IMG/VR virus record: IMGVR_UViG_3300032236_000548
Coordinates: 1-64,000 of that record
Length of the DNA: 64,000 bases
Strand: one strand, 5' to 3'
Source: a virus
Shown: positions 16,973 to 26,401 of the stretch, piece after piece
Position numbering within the stretch: position 1 is the stretch's first letter
Layout of the letters: each line of letters begins with the position of its first letter
The notes under the pieces: model-generated
Databases searched by the model: none
Told to the model about the DNA's origin: nothing
The model's input: only the letters and a program-made list of their open reading frames with translations
Translations under genes and position numbers: made by a program

Positions 16973-17871
16973 TACCAAGACTTAAAAATAGTTTTATACG
17001 GCCAGTTGGTACTGGGGAATCTTGGCGACTAGAGATCGATCCTCTTCCTACACGGTTTGAAAATTATTTTAAAGAGTCGTGTAATGCGGCAGTGGAGATA
17101 AATGATCTCAAAGAAGGACCTCTCCATCTAATGTATAGCGGAGGTATCGATAGTGAGTATGCGTTAAATATATTTTTACACATGGGCATAGATATTACTC
17201 CGGTGATTGTTAGACTACTTCCTGATTACAATAACCACGATATCGATTATGCTTTTAAATTTTGTCAACAGCACAATTTAGAACCTATAGTTATAGATAT
17301 AAACTTTGATGAATTTGTTACATCTGGAAAAATGACAGATATTAATCAACTTGTAAAATCTAGCGTCATAGGTAGAGCAACGACATGTTATGCTATGGAT
17401 TTCGTCGACGGCAGTATTATATGCTGTGAAGGTGACCCACATACGATTAAATACCCCGGAACAGAAGATTGGTATTTTATGGCGGCACAAGATGACTACA
17501 CTTTTGAAAATTACATGAATGCAAAAGGTATAGACGGCACTTCCTTCTTTAACGGTTATACTCCCGAAATGGTTTCTGCGTTTCTAGTAGATCCTATAAT
17601 GCGAGATTTAGCTGATAATAAGATTCCAGGAAAACTTGGAAATAAGTCTAGCAAAAATATAATTTATACAAGAGATAGTAATTTTGAAATGGAAACTAGA
17701 CCCAAGTATAACGGATACGAAAAAATACTAAACAGTGAAATTATTAAGCACCCTGCTTTTGCTAAGGTATACTTTCACCACAAAGATTATAAACAATTCG
17801 AAAAAGAACGTCTTGACATCCACGGCCAATTTTTTGTAAAATACTACGATCTCATAAAGGATTTAATATGA
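16969..17871 (+). CDS. PP-loop protein, short type
   Basis: LMYSGGIDSEY..NNHDI.YA..PGKLG..SSK..R.KY.GYE. Confidence 0.65.
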   Translation: MIPRLKNSFIRPVGTGESWRLEIDPLPTRFENYFKESCNAAVEINDLKEGPLHLMYSGGIDSEYALNIFLHMGIDITPVIVRLLPDYNNHDIDYAFKFCQQHNLEPIVIDINFDEFVTSGKMTDINQLVKSSVIGRATTCYAMDFVDGSIICCEGDPHTIKYPGTEDWYFMAAQDDYTFENYMNAKGIDGTSFFNGYTPEMVSAFLVDPIMRDLADNKIPGKLGNKSSKNIIYTRDSNFEMETRPKYNGYEKILNSEIIKHPAFAKVYFHHKDYKQFEKERLDIHGQFFVKYYDLIKDLI

Positions 17872-18242
17872 AAGAAAAATATTGGGGATACCATTTGATG
17901 TTGGATTGCGGCGGATGTAACATCAACGCAATGACCAATAAAGATGTTGTTAAAGAATTTGTAAAAGTACTAGTAGAAGCTATCGATATGGTAGCTGTAG
18001 GCGAACCTTGGATCGAACGTACTGCTATAGGTATGCCCGATAAAGAAGGATTTAGCTTGTATCAACTGATAGTTACAAGTAATATCTCTGCACATTTTGT
18101 AGATGAACCCAAACAAATTTATCTCGATGTATTCAGTTGCAAAGAGTTTGATGAAGCTGTGGTAAAAGATGTAGTTAACACTTATTTCAAACCAACAAAA
18201 ATTAACACTAGATTTATAACTAGAGACGCATCCGATGTTTAA
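17868..18242 (+). CDS. speD: S-adenosylmethionine decarboxylase proenzyme-like
   Basis: GYHLMLD, LIVTSNISAH (pyruvoyl Ser), YLDVFSCK. Confidence 0.75.
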   Translation: MKEKYWGYHLMLDCGGCNINAMTNKDVVKEFVKVLVEAIDMVAVGEPWIERTAIGMPDKEGFSLYQLIVTSNISAHFVDEPKQIYLDVFSCKEFDEAVVKDVVNTYFKPTKINTRFITRDASDV

Positions 18243-19122
18243 TAATCCGCCAAATATCTACGCACACGTTTCTGCTTTAAAGAACGGTCACTTCGTAACT
18301 GAAGATCAACTCATCCTTAACAACAATGGAGAATACTCTATAAAAAGTAGAGAGTGTCCGCATCGTGGTTATCTTATTCAGGAACCCGGTGACGTGGTAA
18401 AAACTGTAGTCTGCAAACTACATGGGTTTGCATGGGATAGTGAAGGTAAACCTTTAGATAATGCCGCTGAGCCTTGCCGTAATCATTTTTACAAACTACA
18501 TCACCACGGTCCTTTAGAACTAGGCAAAACAGGTTTGCTATTTCAAAATTTTAAAGAACTACCCGACTCCGAATGGGTACAAGAACTAAGCAAGATAACC
18601 GATCTCGAATTTGATAGAACAGTTGTCGGTGAAAGCAAGGGAAGCTGGCTATGGATGATGGAGCAACTAACTGATGTAATTCATCTTAGACAAAACGGAA
18701 TACACCCTAGACAAAGTTTAGAAACACCGTTAGATGGGGATCACATAGAGCAATTCCTAGAAGAAGGATGCTCTGTACAAAAGAATACGAACATCAACGG
18801 AACTAAAGGATTCTGGGTGTTTATATATCCCGGATACGGAGTTGAGTTTGAGCCAGGTAAGTTGCTCATTACCCGATTAGTGCCAAACGATATCAATGAA
18901 GAATTTGGATTCCGTTGGGAATTACAAACTTACTATTCTCCATGGGTAGATAAAAATGAAAGAGAAGAATGGGAAAAGAGTATTGAAGTATACTACGAAG
19001 ATATCCATGCTATTGAAAAAATCAAACGACCGTATTTTCCATTAAAGCGAATGGTTAACCAGTATGAAGAACAAATGCATCACTGGGGGCAGTGGTACAA
19101 GGATAATCTTAAAAAAGATTAA
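18235..19122 (+). CDS. Rieske non-heme iron oxygenase alpha-subunit-like
   Basis: CPHRG..CKLHG [2Fe-2S] ligands; E..D..H..H and ED mononuclear-Fe residues. Confidence 0.75.
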   Translation: MFNNPPNIYAHVSALKNGHFVTEDQLILNNNGEYSIKSRECPHRGYLIQEPGDVVKTVVCKLHGFAWDSEGKPLDNAAEPCRNHFYKLHHHGPLELGKTGLLFQNFKELPDSEWVQELSKITDLEFDRTVVGESKGSWLWMMEQLTDVIHLRQNGIHPRQSLETPLDGDHIEQFLEEGCSVQKNTNINGTKGFWVFIYPGYGVEFEPGKLLITRLVPNDINEEFGFRWELQTYYSPWVDKNEREEWEKSIEVYYEDIHAIEKIKRPYFPLKRMVNQYEEQMHHWGQWYKDNLKKD

Positions 19123-19125
19123 TTA

Positions 19126-19995
19126 ATGATTCCTTTATCAAAAAATAACTATATACGGACACGCGGGTTTGGGGATAATTTTAAAGTTGAAATAGATCCT
19201 GTGATATCTGCCGACAACTATTATAATGAAAGTGTACTAGCGGCAGAAGAAATATACAGTCTTAAAGAAGGCCAAATGTATGTTATGTACAGTGGCGGAA
19301 TCGATAGTGAATACGCCCTTAGTGTATTCTTAGAATTAGGCATGGCAATAACTCCTGTTATTATAAGACTAGGCAATTACAACGAGCACGATATAAAGTA
19401 TGCTATGGATTTTTGCCATGCAAAAAACATAACTCCTAAGATTATCAACTTTGACTTTGACGAGTTTGTTAAGAGTGAAAAAATATTAGATGTGGCTTTA
19501 GAATCTCGCTCAATGCTATACCATCGTCCAGCTACCGCCTATGTTGCAAGTCAACTTGATGGAACTATCTTGTTAGGTGACGGCGAGCCGTATATTCGGT
19601 TAAACAAAAATACAAACACTTGGAACTTAGAAATAGACGAACACGATTTTGCAGTGTGCAACTATCTTGTTGCTAAAGGTATTCCATGTGTTCCTCACTT
19701 TAATAGATACCGCCCAGGCATGATGTCGTCTTATATGTTAGATCCTAGAATGCAAGAACTTGCAGAGCATAAGCATCCAGGCAAATTAGGATCCAACTCT
19801 AGCAAAGCATACATGTATAATCGTACTAGTCCTTTTAAATTAGAATCACGACAAAAGTACACAGGATACGAAATTATAGAAGAAAGCGAAATCTTTAAAC
19901 ATCCAGTGTTTGCTCAAATGGAAGACCAATGCAAGAAGTACAATGGATTAGTAGCTATTGACTACCACACATTTATAAAAGATTATATACAATGA
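19126..19995 (+). CDS. PP-loop protein, short type (close paralog of 16969)
   Basis: MYSGGIDSEYAL; PGKLGSNSSK; RQKYTGYE. Confidence 0.65.
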   Translation: MIPLSKNNYIRTRGFGDNFKVEIDPVISADNYYNESVLAAEEIYSLKEGQMYVMYSGGIDSEYALSVFLELGMAITPVIIRLGNYNEHDIKYAMDFCHAKNITPKIINFDFDEFVKSEKILDVALESRSMLYHRPATAYVASQLDGTILLGDGEPYIRLNKNTNTWNLEIDEHDFAVCNYLVAKGIPCVPHFNRYRPGMMSSYMLDPRMQELAEHKHPGKLGSNSSKAYMYNRTSPFKLESRQKYTGYEIIEESEIFKHPVFAQMEDQCKKYNGLVAIDYHTFIKDYIQ

Positions 19996-20531
19996 GAGTT
20001 ATAACTTGGCGTCCAGGAACTGAGCCTGCATATGATAAAATCTTTGAAGAGCTAAGGGCCGAGCATTATGCTGATCATAGTCACAGATTGTGGAAGAACT
20101 ATTCTAAAGAAGCGTTCAAGGAAGTAGCTGTACTATCGATTTACTTTGATGAAGATAATGTTCCAGAAGTATGCTCGAGTGCGGTTCAACGTAGTTGTTG
20201 GCCGCAGGGTGCTTACCGTATACACAACCGTGTATGGAAATGCAACAACAAGAAACAGTTCTTACGCAAAGTTAGTCCTAGCATGGGTTATACTGCTCGT
20301 AGCCAAATTGAATGGCTCAAAGCAAATACAGACTTCAAACTGTATTTTATCAGTCGACAAACAGACAATTGGAATGACTGGATGATAGAACACTTCAAAG
20401 AATATGGTATAGAGTTCAAAACAGATAACTACATGTATCTAACATGTCCCAACGAATGCGATGATACTTGCTGGCAACGTATCATATACTCGGGCGATGA
20501 ATCGTTGTTAGAACAATGGAAGCGTAGATGA
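19992..20531 (+). CDS. Hypothetical protein (possibly GNAT-like)
   Basis: Coupled ORF; YRIHNRVW, YFISRQ; the fold is a guess. Confidence 0.5.
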   Translation: MRVITWRPGTEPAYDKIFEELRAEHYADHSHRLWKNYSKEAFKEVAVLSIYFDEDNVPEVCSSAVQRSCWPQGAYRIHNRVWKCNNKKQFLRKVSPSMGYTARSQIEWLKANTDFKLYFISRQTDNWNDWMIEHFKEYGIEFKTDNYMYLTCPNECDDTCWQRIIYSGDESLLEQWKRR

Positions 20532-21310
20532 AAAATATTTTCAATGTTAATAGATTAAAGAACCTGCAGATCCTAACAATATCTGCATACTTGATTACGG
20601 CGGTATCTTTACCTATTATACAATTTAGTTGGAGCATGTTTGCCTTAACTATTTTAATGTACTTTCTTATATTTGGATTTGGAGTAAGTCTTACATTCCA
20701 TAGAAGCATTACTCATAGAGCAGTAGATATGCATCCTGTACTAGAACTACTGGGTAAGTTCTTTGCCAGTGTTGGCGGAACAGGAAGTCCTATTAGCTGG
20801 GTTTTAGTACACAAGGCTCACCACAAGCATTCGGACACCGATCGAGATCCGCATAGTGCTAGAGATGTATTAAAATATGTAATTGGCAAATACCCAAAAG
20901 TTAGTACACAAGGCATGCGCCGATTAGCTCAAAGTAAATTTAACAAGTTCATACATAAGCATTACTATCTAGTAATCTTTACGTACGGTGCAATTTGGGC
21001 AATGTTAGGAATTGATTACTTTTGCTACGGGTTTATCTACCCAATGGTTTTGAACATGGTTGCTGGCCATCTTGTAAACTGGTACACACATTCTGAGTAT
21101 TTTTCAAATTATCGATTGCACGATACTAAAGACACTAGCCAAAATAATTTATTAATTGGATTAGTTACTTGGGGAGAAGGATTTCATAACACCCATCACA
21201 AGTATCCAGGTAGAGCTAATTTTGGTGTAAAGTTTTGGGAAGTCGATGCTACTTATGCACTTACCAAAATACTGGCAAAGCTCAAACTAGTTAAGATACG
21301 GTTGACTTAA
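20528..21310 (+). CDS. Membrane fatty-acid (delta-9-type) desaturase
   Basis: His boxes HRSITH, HKAHH, HNTHH; DPHS; GEGFHN; TM helices. Confidence 0.9.
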   Translation: MKNIFNVNRLKNLQILTISAYLITAVSLPIIQFSWSMFALTILMYFLIFGFGVSLTFHRSITHRAVDMHPVLELLGKFFASVGGTGSPISWVLVHKAHHKHSDTDRDPHSARDVLKYVIGKYPKVSTQGMRRLAQSKFNKFIHKHYYLVIFTYGAIWAMLGIDYFCYGFIYPMVLNMVAGHLVNWYTHSEYFSNYRLHDTKDTSQNNLLIGLVTWGEGFHNTHHKYPGRANFGVKFWEVDATYALTKILAKLKLVKIRLT

Positions 21311-21330
21311 AACCTAAAAGACTATATAAT
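21302..21330 (+). promoter_or_regulatory. Sigma70 promoter
   Basis: TTGACT-17-TATAAT, 6 nt before the tRNA-like RNA. Confidence 0.8.
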
Positions 21331-21336
21331 TAAAAT

Positions 21337-21436
21337 GTGGACGTGAGTGGAACTTGGTATACCTCCTCCCTTCGGGGAGGGTACGGGGCTTGGTCTTAGA
21401 CTGCCTTTGTAGGTTCGAATCCTACCGTCCGCACCA
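21337..21436 (+). ncRNA. tRNA-like RNA (Leu-like body) with UUCG tetraloop in place of the anticodon loop
   Basis: GTGGACG/CGTCCGC-A-CCA, D-loop GGAACTTGGTATAC, CTCCC-TTCG-GGGAG, long extra arm, GTAGG-TTCGAAT-CCTAC. Confidence 0.8.
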
Positions 21437-21461
21437 TTTTAGGCACATTGAAAGGCATTGT

Positions 21462-21785
21462 ATGAAAAAGGCATTTGCAGTACTGTTATCAGTTTTATCA
21501 TTTAACACGATGGCGTATTACGAAGACCCACATCAGCAATTCGATATGACTCGCAACGCTACAAACAAAGTCGAGATCACATTTCGAACTACAAACAATA
21601 TCAACCAGACTTGCCAAGCAGAAAGTCGTGCTCGCGGCTTAGGCGGATTTGGTTATAGTGTGGAAGCATGTAGCTTTTGGAATTACGACAAAACTCAATG
21701 TACCATTATCACTAGCCCTACAGCAAACTTCCATACAGTTGGACACGAAGTCCGTCATTGCTTACAAGGTAATTTCCATAAATGA
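21462..21785 (+). CDS. Exported protein with HEXXH motif
   Basis: Signal peptide MKKAFAVLL..; GHEVRHC; start corrected to 21462. Confidence 0.65.
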   Translation: MKKAFAVLLSVLSFNTMAYYEDPHQQFDMTRNATNKVEITFRTTNNINQTCQAESRARGLGGFGYSVEACSFWNYDKTQCTIITSPTANFHTVGHEVRHCLQGNFHK

Positions 21786-22180
21786 CCAAACTTGATTTAG
21801 TTGAGGATATCCGTAACTCTCCAGAAATAATGGCAAAGCTACGACAAGAGAGTCGCTACTATGCCCAAAACTTATATTGTGCTTGGTGCAATATGCAGTG
21901 GTGTAAAAGAGACACTTGGCCTATTCTTGCAGAGCAATACTGGAGTGCTAGTTGGCGCAGTGCCGGCGGTATTGTAGCAGACTTACGCAACCAAGGCGAA
22001 GACTACATGGACTACTACTGCTCGGGAATTAAAGGTGGTACGAGTTACGACCCAAACGATGACGATGAGCTTTTTGAAGAACTAAAGTATGTTTCGGAAG
22101 GCGAAGTTACAGAAGAGATTCTCAATGACCTTGACAAACTAGGATGGTTTCCAGTACCATACAAAGACGACTTTGTATAA
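21782..22180 (+). CDS. Hypothetical phage protein
   Basis: SWRSAGGIVADLR..DYYCSG. Confidence 0.7.
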   Translation: MTKLDLVEDIRNSPEIMAKLRQESRYYAQNLYCAWCNMQWCKRDTWPILAEQYWSASWRSAGGIVADLRNQGEDYMDYYCSGIKGGTSYDPNDDDELFEELKYVSEGEVTEEILNDLDKLGWFPVPYKDDFV

Positions 22181-22188
22181 GTAATTAT

Positions 22189-22359
22189 ATGACACATTGG
22201 ACTATGACAGTACAAGAAGCAGAAGACGGTAGTGGAGATTTGATTCTTCCACTACCACAAGACTTGCTGGATTTGCAAGGATGGAAAGAAGGGGACACAC
22301 TCGAGTGGACGGATATGGGCGATGGCTCATGGAGTTTATCGAAAGCAGACAATGGCTAA
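22189..22359 (+). CDS. AbrB/MazE/SpoVT-like small DNA-binding protein
   Basis: GDLILPLPQDLL..GWKEGDTLEW. Confidence 0.6.
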   Translation: MTHWTMTVQEAEDGSGDLILPLPQDLLDLQGWKEGDTLEWTDMGDGSWSLSKADNG

Positions 22360-22570
22360 AGACGACATTATTGAATTAACAGGCTCAGTTGAAGAAGTAC
22401 TACCTGGAAACATGTTCCGGGTTAAAGTAGAAAACATGCCAAACCCGTTACTTTGTTATATGGGTGGCAAATTGAAACAAAACAAGATACGCATTATCTT
22501 AGGCGATAATGTAAGGCTAGAGGTTAGTCCGTATGACCTCAGCAAGGGTAGAGTAACTTATAGGTTGTAA
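22352..22570 (+). CDS. infA: Translation initiation factor IF-1
   Basis: MAKDDIIE..VEEVLP..F.V..GK..IRI..GD.V..SPYDLSKGR.TYR. Confidence 0.95.
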   Translation: MAKDDIIELTGSVEEVLPGNMFRVKVENMPNPLLCYMGGKLKQNKIRIILGDNVRLEVSPYDLSKGRVTYRL

Positions 22571-22571
22571 C

Positions 22572-23234
22572 ATGAATATCATTCTCGAACGTGTAAACAA
22601 TGTTTGTAAAAGTGTTCGGGAAGATTGTCAGGACCTTATAACCTTTAAAAAGTTAATATCCAAAACTAGATCAGCTTTTAAAAAACACGAGTTTGATTTA
22701 TCATTAAAGACTAAAAAAGAAAAAGACTGGGATACTGACAAGTTTTATGTGGTAGCATATTACGACTCAGAAAACGATGCCCAAGGTGAAACTCCAATTG
22801 AAGTCATTGTGCATCATAACTTAGATGGAACTGAAGAGTTTGGATTGCATCAAGTGACTAGTTTTCTTATAGAAATTTACGATGCTGTAGTACATGAATT
22901 TAGACATCAGTACCAAAGTATGCGTAGAGATTTTATAGCATACGAAACTAAACCTGTGTCCCCTTATAACGAGTATCTGGCAGACCAAGATGAGATAGAT
23001 GCCTACTCTGTAAGTATCGCAATTGAGCTATTGCGTACAATGGATTCTGACAGGGCCAAGCGCAGACTTTCTAAAATTAGTGTTTTGAGTAAAATGCGTA
23101 CGGGTGCAAATTTATCTAGCCCAATGCTAAGAGCATACATTGGCCATTTTGGTTTAAACGAGATAACACGAATAGTAGCCAAAAAAGTATATAGACACTT
23201 AGATCGACTTGACAAGCAACATATTTTCATGTAA
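22572..23234 (+). CDS. Hypothetical HEXXH (zincin-like) protein
   Basis: VVHEFRH.YQ..Y..D.DEIDAY. Confidence 0.55.
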   Translation: MNIILERVNNVCKSVREDCQDLITFKKLISKTRSAFKKHEFDLSLKTKKEKDWDTDKFYVVAYYDSENDAQGETPIEVIVHHNLDGTEEFGLHQVTSFLIEIYDAVVHEFRHQYQSMRRDFIAYETKPVSPYNEYLADQDEIDAYSVSIAIELLRTMDSDRAKRRLSKISVLSKMRTGANLSSPMLRAYIGHFGLNEITRIVAKKVYRHLDRLDKQHIFM

Positions 23235-23237
23235 AAT
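23209..23237 (+). promoter_or_regulatory. Sigma70 promoter
   Basis: TTGACA-17-TAAAAT. Confidence 0.7.
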
Positions 23238-23267
23238 TATCGTATATTAATTCATTCCGGAGCGGGT

Positions 23268-23999
23268 ATGTTAGATGATCTTGTCGGCACAGTTAGAGTG
23301 TATAACGGCCCAGTATGGCCTACTCGCCAAGTCCTTGAATTAGCCTGTGCCGCACAACGCGAGAATCAAAAATATATTAAAACAGACGAGTATGTACTCG
23401 ACTCCGAAGATGTGACCAAAGTGTTGTATGTCAGGCATCCAAACAAAACTCTTATGTTGGTTACAATCAATCCGCAGTACTATCCTACCGGACAAGAGCA
23501 TCAACCCATGCCTCTTAAGATAACTGACGCTGATGTTAGTCAAGCAGATGCAATCGTAAAACACTATAAGAAACTGATGTTTGCCGCTATATCTGGCGAA
23601 AATGAATTTCAAACTACTGTCAATAGTTTACTCAACGGTGAAACTATTGGAGAAAACATGTTTGGGTATATAGCATGTTTGCCTAGTTTGCATTTTAAAG
23701 ATGCCATGTTTACCAATGTTAAGCGTAAGTCTAAAGTAGTCGAAGAAGGTTATTTGGCAGATGTAGGCAGTTGGGTACTAGATTTGGATTGCGAAATACT
23801 TGAAGTTTTAAAGTCAAAAAACTTTGAAGGCTACAATGTTTGTGCTACAATAGGCAATAAGATGGTGAGCTGGATTAGTAAAAATAATCTAGCCACAGGG
23901 CCCTGTGTTATTGTCAAAGCCAAGGTTAAGGATCATTCTAAACATTGGAAGCATGGAAATGATGTAACACGTTTAAATTATGTAAAGGCGGCACAATGA
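23268..23999 (+). CDS. Hypothetical protein (possible C-terminal OB fold)
   Basis: 243-aa ORF, GGAG RBS; KAKVKDH..TRLNYVK end. Confidence 0.6.
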   Translation: MLDDLVGTVRVYNGPVWPTRQVLELACAAQRENQKYIKTDEYVLDSEDVTKVLYVRHPNKTLMLVTINPQYYPTGQEHQPMPLKITDADVSQADAIVKHYKKLMFAAISGENEFQTTVNSLLNGETIGENMFGYIACLPSLHFKDAMFTNVKRKSKVVEEGYLADVGSWVLDLDCEILEVLKSKNFEGYNVCATIGNKMVSWISKNNLATGPCVIVKAKVKDHSKHWKHGNDVTRLNYVKAAQ

Positions 24000-24430
24000 A
24001 AATATCAGAAGAAGAAATGCAGGATTACTTTCCAAAAGTATATCCAAAAATTTTTAGCGGCAAGTACGGTGGTATTGCTGTAGGTAAAGGTTGGTTCGAT
24101 TTGCTTAACCAAGCATGTCGTTTAATCCAAAGTCACTTGGATTGGAAAAAGGATGTCCCGCAAGTTGTTGCTGAACAAGTCAAAGAGAAATTTGGCGGCT
24201 TGCGTTTCTATGTTCAAGGCGGTGATGACTATACACAAGGTATCATTGCTATGGCAGAACAAATGAGTATGATGATGTGCGAAGAATGTGGAGCACCGGG
24301 CGACCGTGGCGGAGATGGATGGATCACTACGTTATGTGAAACTCATCGTGCTGAACGTGATGAAGCCCGTAAGAAAGCAATGGAAGAATACGAACACCGT
24401 AAACTACTTAAAGAAGGATTTGAAGAATGA
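23996..24430 (+). CDS. Conserved hypothetical phage protein with Zn ribbon
   Basis: QVKEKFGGLRFY, CEECG..LCETH. Confidence 0.7.
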   Translation: MKISEEEMQDYFPKVYPKIFSGKYGGIAVGKGWFDLLNQACRLIQSHLDWKKDVPQVVAEQVKEKFGGLRFYVQGGDDYTQGIIAMAEQMSMMMCEECGAPGDRGGDGWITTLCETHRAERDEARKKAMEEYEHRKLLKEGFEE

Positions 24431-25035
24431 TTACAATGCAAGAATTTATGGAACTGGTTAACTTTCGAATTACCGAAGGTAGTGACTACGGTTGGGAATG
24501 TTATGGCCCAGATGCATATATGCTAGACAGTTGGGACGGTGATCACGACGGTGCTAGTTTTACTATCATCTTTGATACTAAGACGCAGGAAGTTTACGAA
24601 GTTCAAGCACATGACTATCGTAACCAACGTGCATATCGAATGCTCAATCCTGACTTCATGAAGAAGATGAAGAAGGAAGCTAAGAAGCGCCATGTTAGTA
24701 AAAAAGAAGCATGGGACGATGTCGACTACGTTGATTTAGACGTGGATGCAGATTGGCTTGGAAAAGCAGAAGCTATCATTGCAGGTGAAGATTACGACAC
24801 TCGTGTACAAGTAGAGGTTGACTTTTCGGACGAAGATTTGCTACAATACATGAAACTAGCGCACAAGCGTGATATTACTTTTAACCAGCTGGTTGAAGAA
24901 GCATTGCGTTTTGCTATTGAAGAAGTCGAGGCAGGGCGTCTTACTAAAGAAGATGCACAAAATTTTGTGCTCGAAAGCAATGGTAAGGCTTGGCCTTTTA
25001 AAACAACATCAGACGAAGAATACAACGAGATATAA
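24427..25035 (+). CDS. Hypothetical acidic protein
   Basis: Coupled 202-aa ORF. Confidence 0.65.
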   Translation: MITMQEFMELVNFRITEGSDYGWECYGPDAYMLDSWDGDHDGASFTIIFDTKTQEVYEVQAHDYRNQRAYRMLNPDFMKKMKKEAKKRHVSKKEAWDDVDYVDLDVDADWLGKAEAIIAGEDYDTRVQVEVDFSDEDLLQYMKLAHKRDITFNQLVEEALRFAIEEVEAGRLTKEDAQNFVLESNGKAWPFKTTSDEEYNEI

Positions 25036-25036
25036 A

Positions 25037-25891
25037 ATGCGTATCAAATTAGTCAGTGATCTTCATTTAGAGTTCAGTGACATTAACATTCAAAATGATC
25101 AGAACTACGATGTTCTAATCCTGAGTGGCGACATCATGGTTGCCCAAGATCTGTACGACCACCAGCCGCCTATGTCCGGTGCTTGGAGTTTGGATGAGAT
25201 CCCAGGTTTAGGTCGTCGGCAGGCTAGTGCTCAACGGTTCCGTGACTTTTTGAAGCGTTGCAGTTTCCAATTCCCACATACAGTTTATGTGGCCGGCAAT
25301 CACGAATTCTATCACGGTAAGTGGCACAAGACTTTGGATATTCTTGCTACAGAATGCGAGAAGTACCCCAACGTCTATTTCATGGAACGTGGTAGTAAAA
25401 AGATCGATGATGTTACTTTTATCGGTAGCACGTTGTGGACTGACATGAACAAAGGCGATCCTTTGACCATGCATGCCGTTCGTGATATGATGATGGACTA
25501 TAAATGTGTCAAAAAAGAGTTTGAAGGTTACACTAACCTAAAGCCACACGACACAGTTATGCGTCACAAGCAATCACTCGACTACATCAAAAGTGTAGTG
25601 GCAGAAAAGCCAGATGAAAAATTTGTTGTAGTAGGACACCATAGCCCAAGTTTTCAGAGTGTAAGTGAACAATATAAAACTGAGCACTTGATGAACGGTG
25701 CTTACCACAGTGATTTGAGTGAGTTCATTTTGGATCGTCCTCAGATCAAACTGTGGACACATGGACACACGCATCATCCGTTTGATTACATGATTGGCGA
25801 CACCCGAGTTGTATGCAACCCACGTGGTTACGAATCGGATGGTTACAGCGAAGACAGTGGTTGGAACCCTAGTATCTTGTTGGAGGTTTAA
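25037..25891 (+). CDS. Metallophosphoesterase
   Basis: SDLHLE, GD, GNHE, GHHSP, HGHTH, NPRGY; start corrected to 25037. Confidence 0.9.
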   Translation: MRIKLVSDLHLEFSDINIQNDQNYDVLILSGDIMVAQDLYDHQPPMSGAWSLDEIPGLGRRQASAQRFRDFLKRCSFQFPHTVYVAGNHEFYHGKWHKTLDILATECEKYPNVYFMERGSKKIDDVTFIGSTLWTDMNKGDPLTMHAVRDMMMDYKCVKKEFEGYTNLKPHDTVMRHKQSLDYIKSVVAEKPDEKFVVVGHHSPSFQSVSEQYKTEHLMNGAYHSDLSEFILDRPQIKLWTHGHTHHPFDYMIGDTRVVCNPRGYESDGYSEDSGWNPSILLEV

Positions 25892-26401
25892 ATGAGTACA
25901 GTTGCGAAAAATCATGTGAGTCAGTTTAAAGACTTTAAACGAGTTTGCCGTATTAACGACTGTTACGGAGAATGGCTCTACGATAAAATCGATGCCGCTA
26001 TCATGTATGCCGATCATACTAGTTGGGTATACTTTATTACTGTAAACGGAATCATTTATAAGATAGGAGCATCCGGTGTACCGTTAGGTATCCGGATGTC
26101 AGACGGTCAGCCTAAAAAAGGAACCAAGTGTAGATTTGGAAGATACCGCGCTCACAAAGGTACATACTCATACGATACTGACGAGTATTGTAGGAATGAG
26201 CTTAGAGGTATTATTGCTGATAAAAAGAACCTTGTTGAGTTCTGGGCTTACCAATGTCCAGAAGTTAAACAAACTTTAAATATGGCAGGAGATTCTATTG
26301 TAGTGAAGTCTTCAATACACTGGGATTTAGAAAAGGCTTTATTGAATCAGTTTGAAAAAATTACCGGCGTATTGCCAAAGTTAAACAAAGGAAAAGCATA
26401 A
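25892..26401 (+). CDS. GIY-YIG-like nuclease
   Basis: WVYFI..IYKIG..R..LEKALL..PKLN. Confidence 0.5.
   Translation: MSTVAKNHVSQFKDFKRVCRINDCYGEWLYDKIDAAIMYADHTSWVYFITVNGIIYKIGASGVPLGIRMSDGQPKKGTKCRFGRYRAHKGTYSYDTDEYCRNELRGIIADKKNLVEFWAYQCPEVKQTLNMAGDSIVVKSSIHWDLEKALLNQFEKITGVLPKLNKGKA

Noticed and set aside
21354-21461. N-terminal extension of ORF 21354..21785
   Set aside because: Overlaps the tRNA-like RNA; the signal peptide begins at ATG 21462
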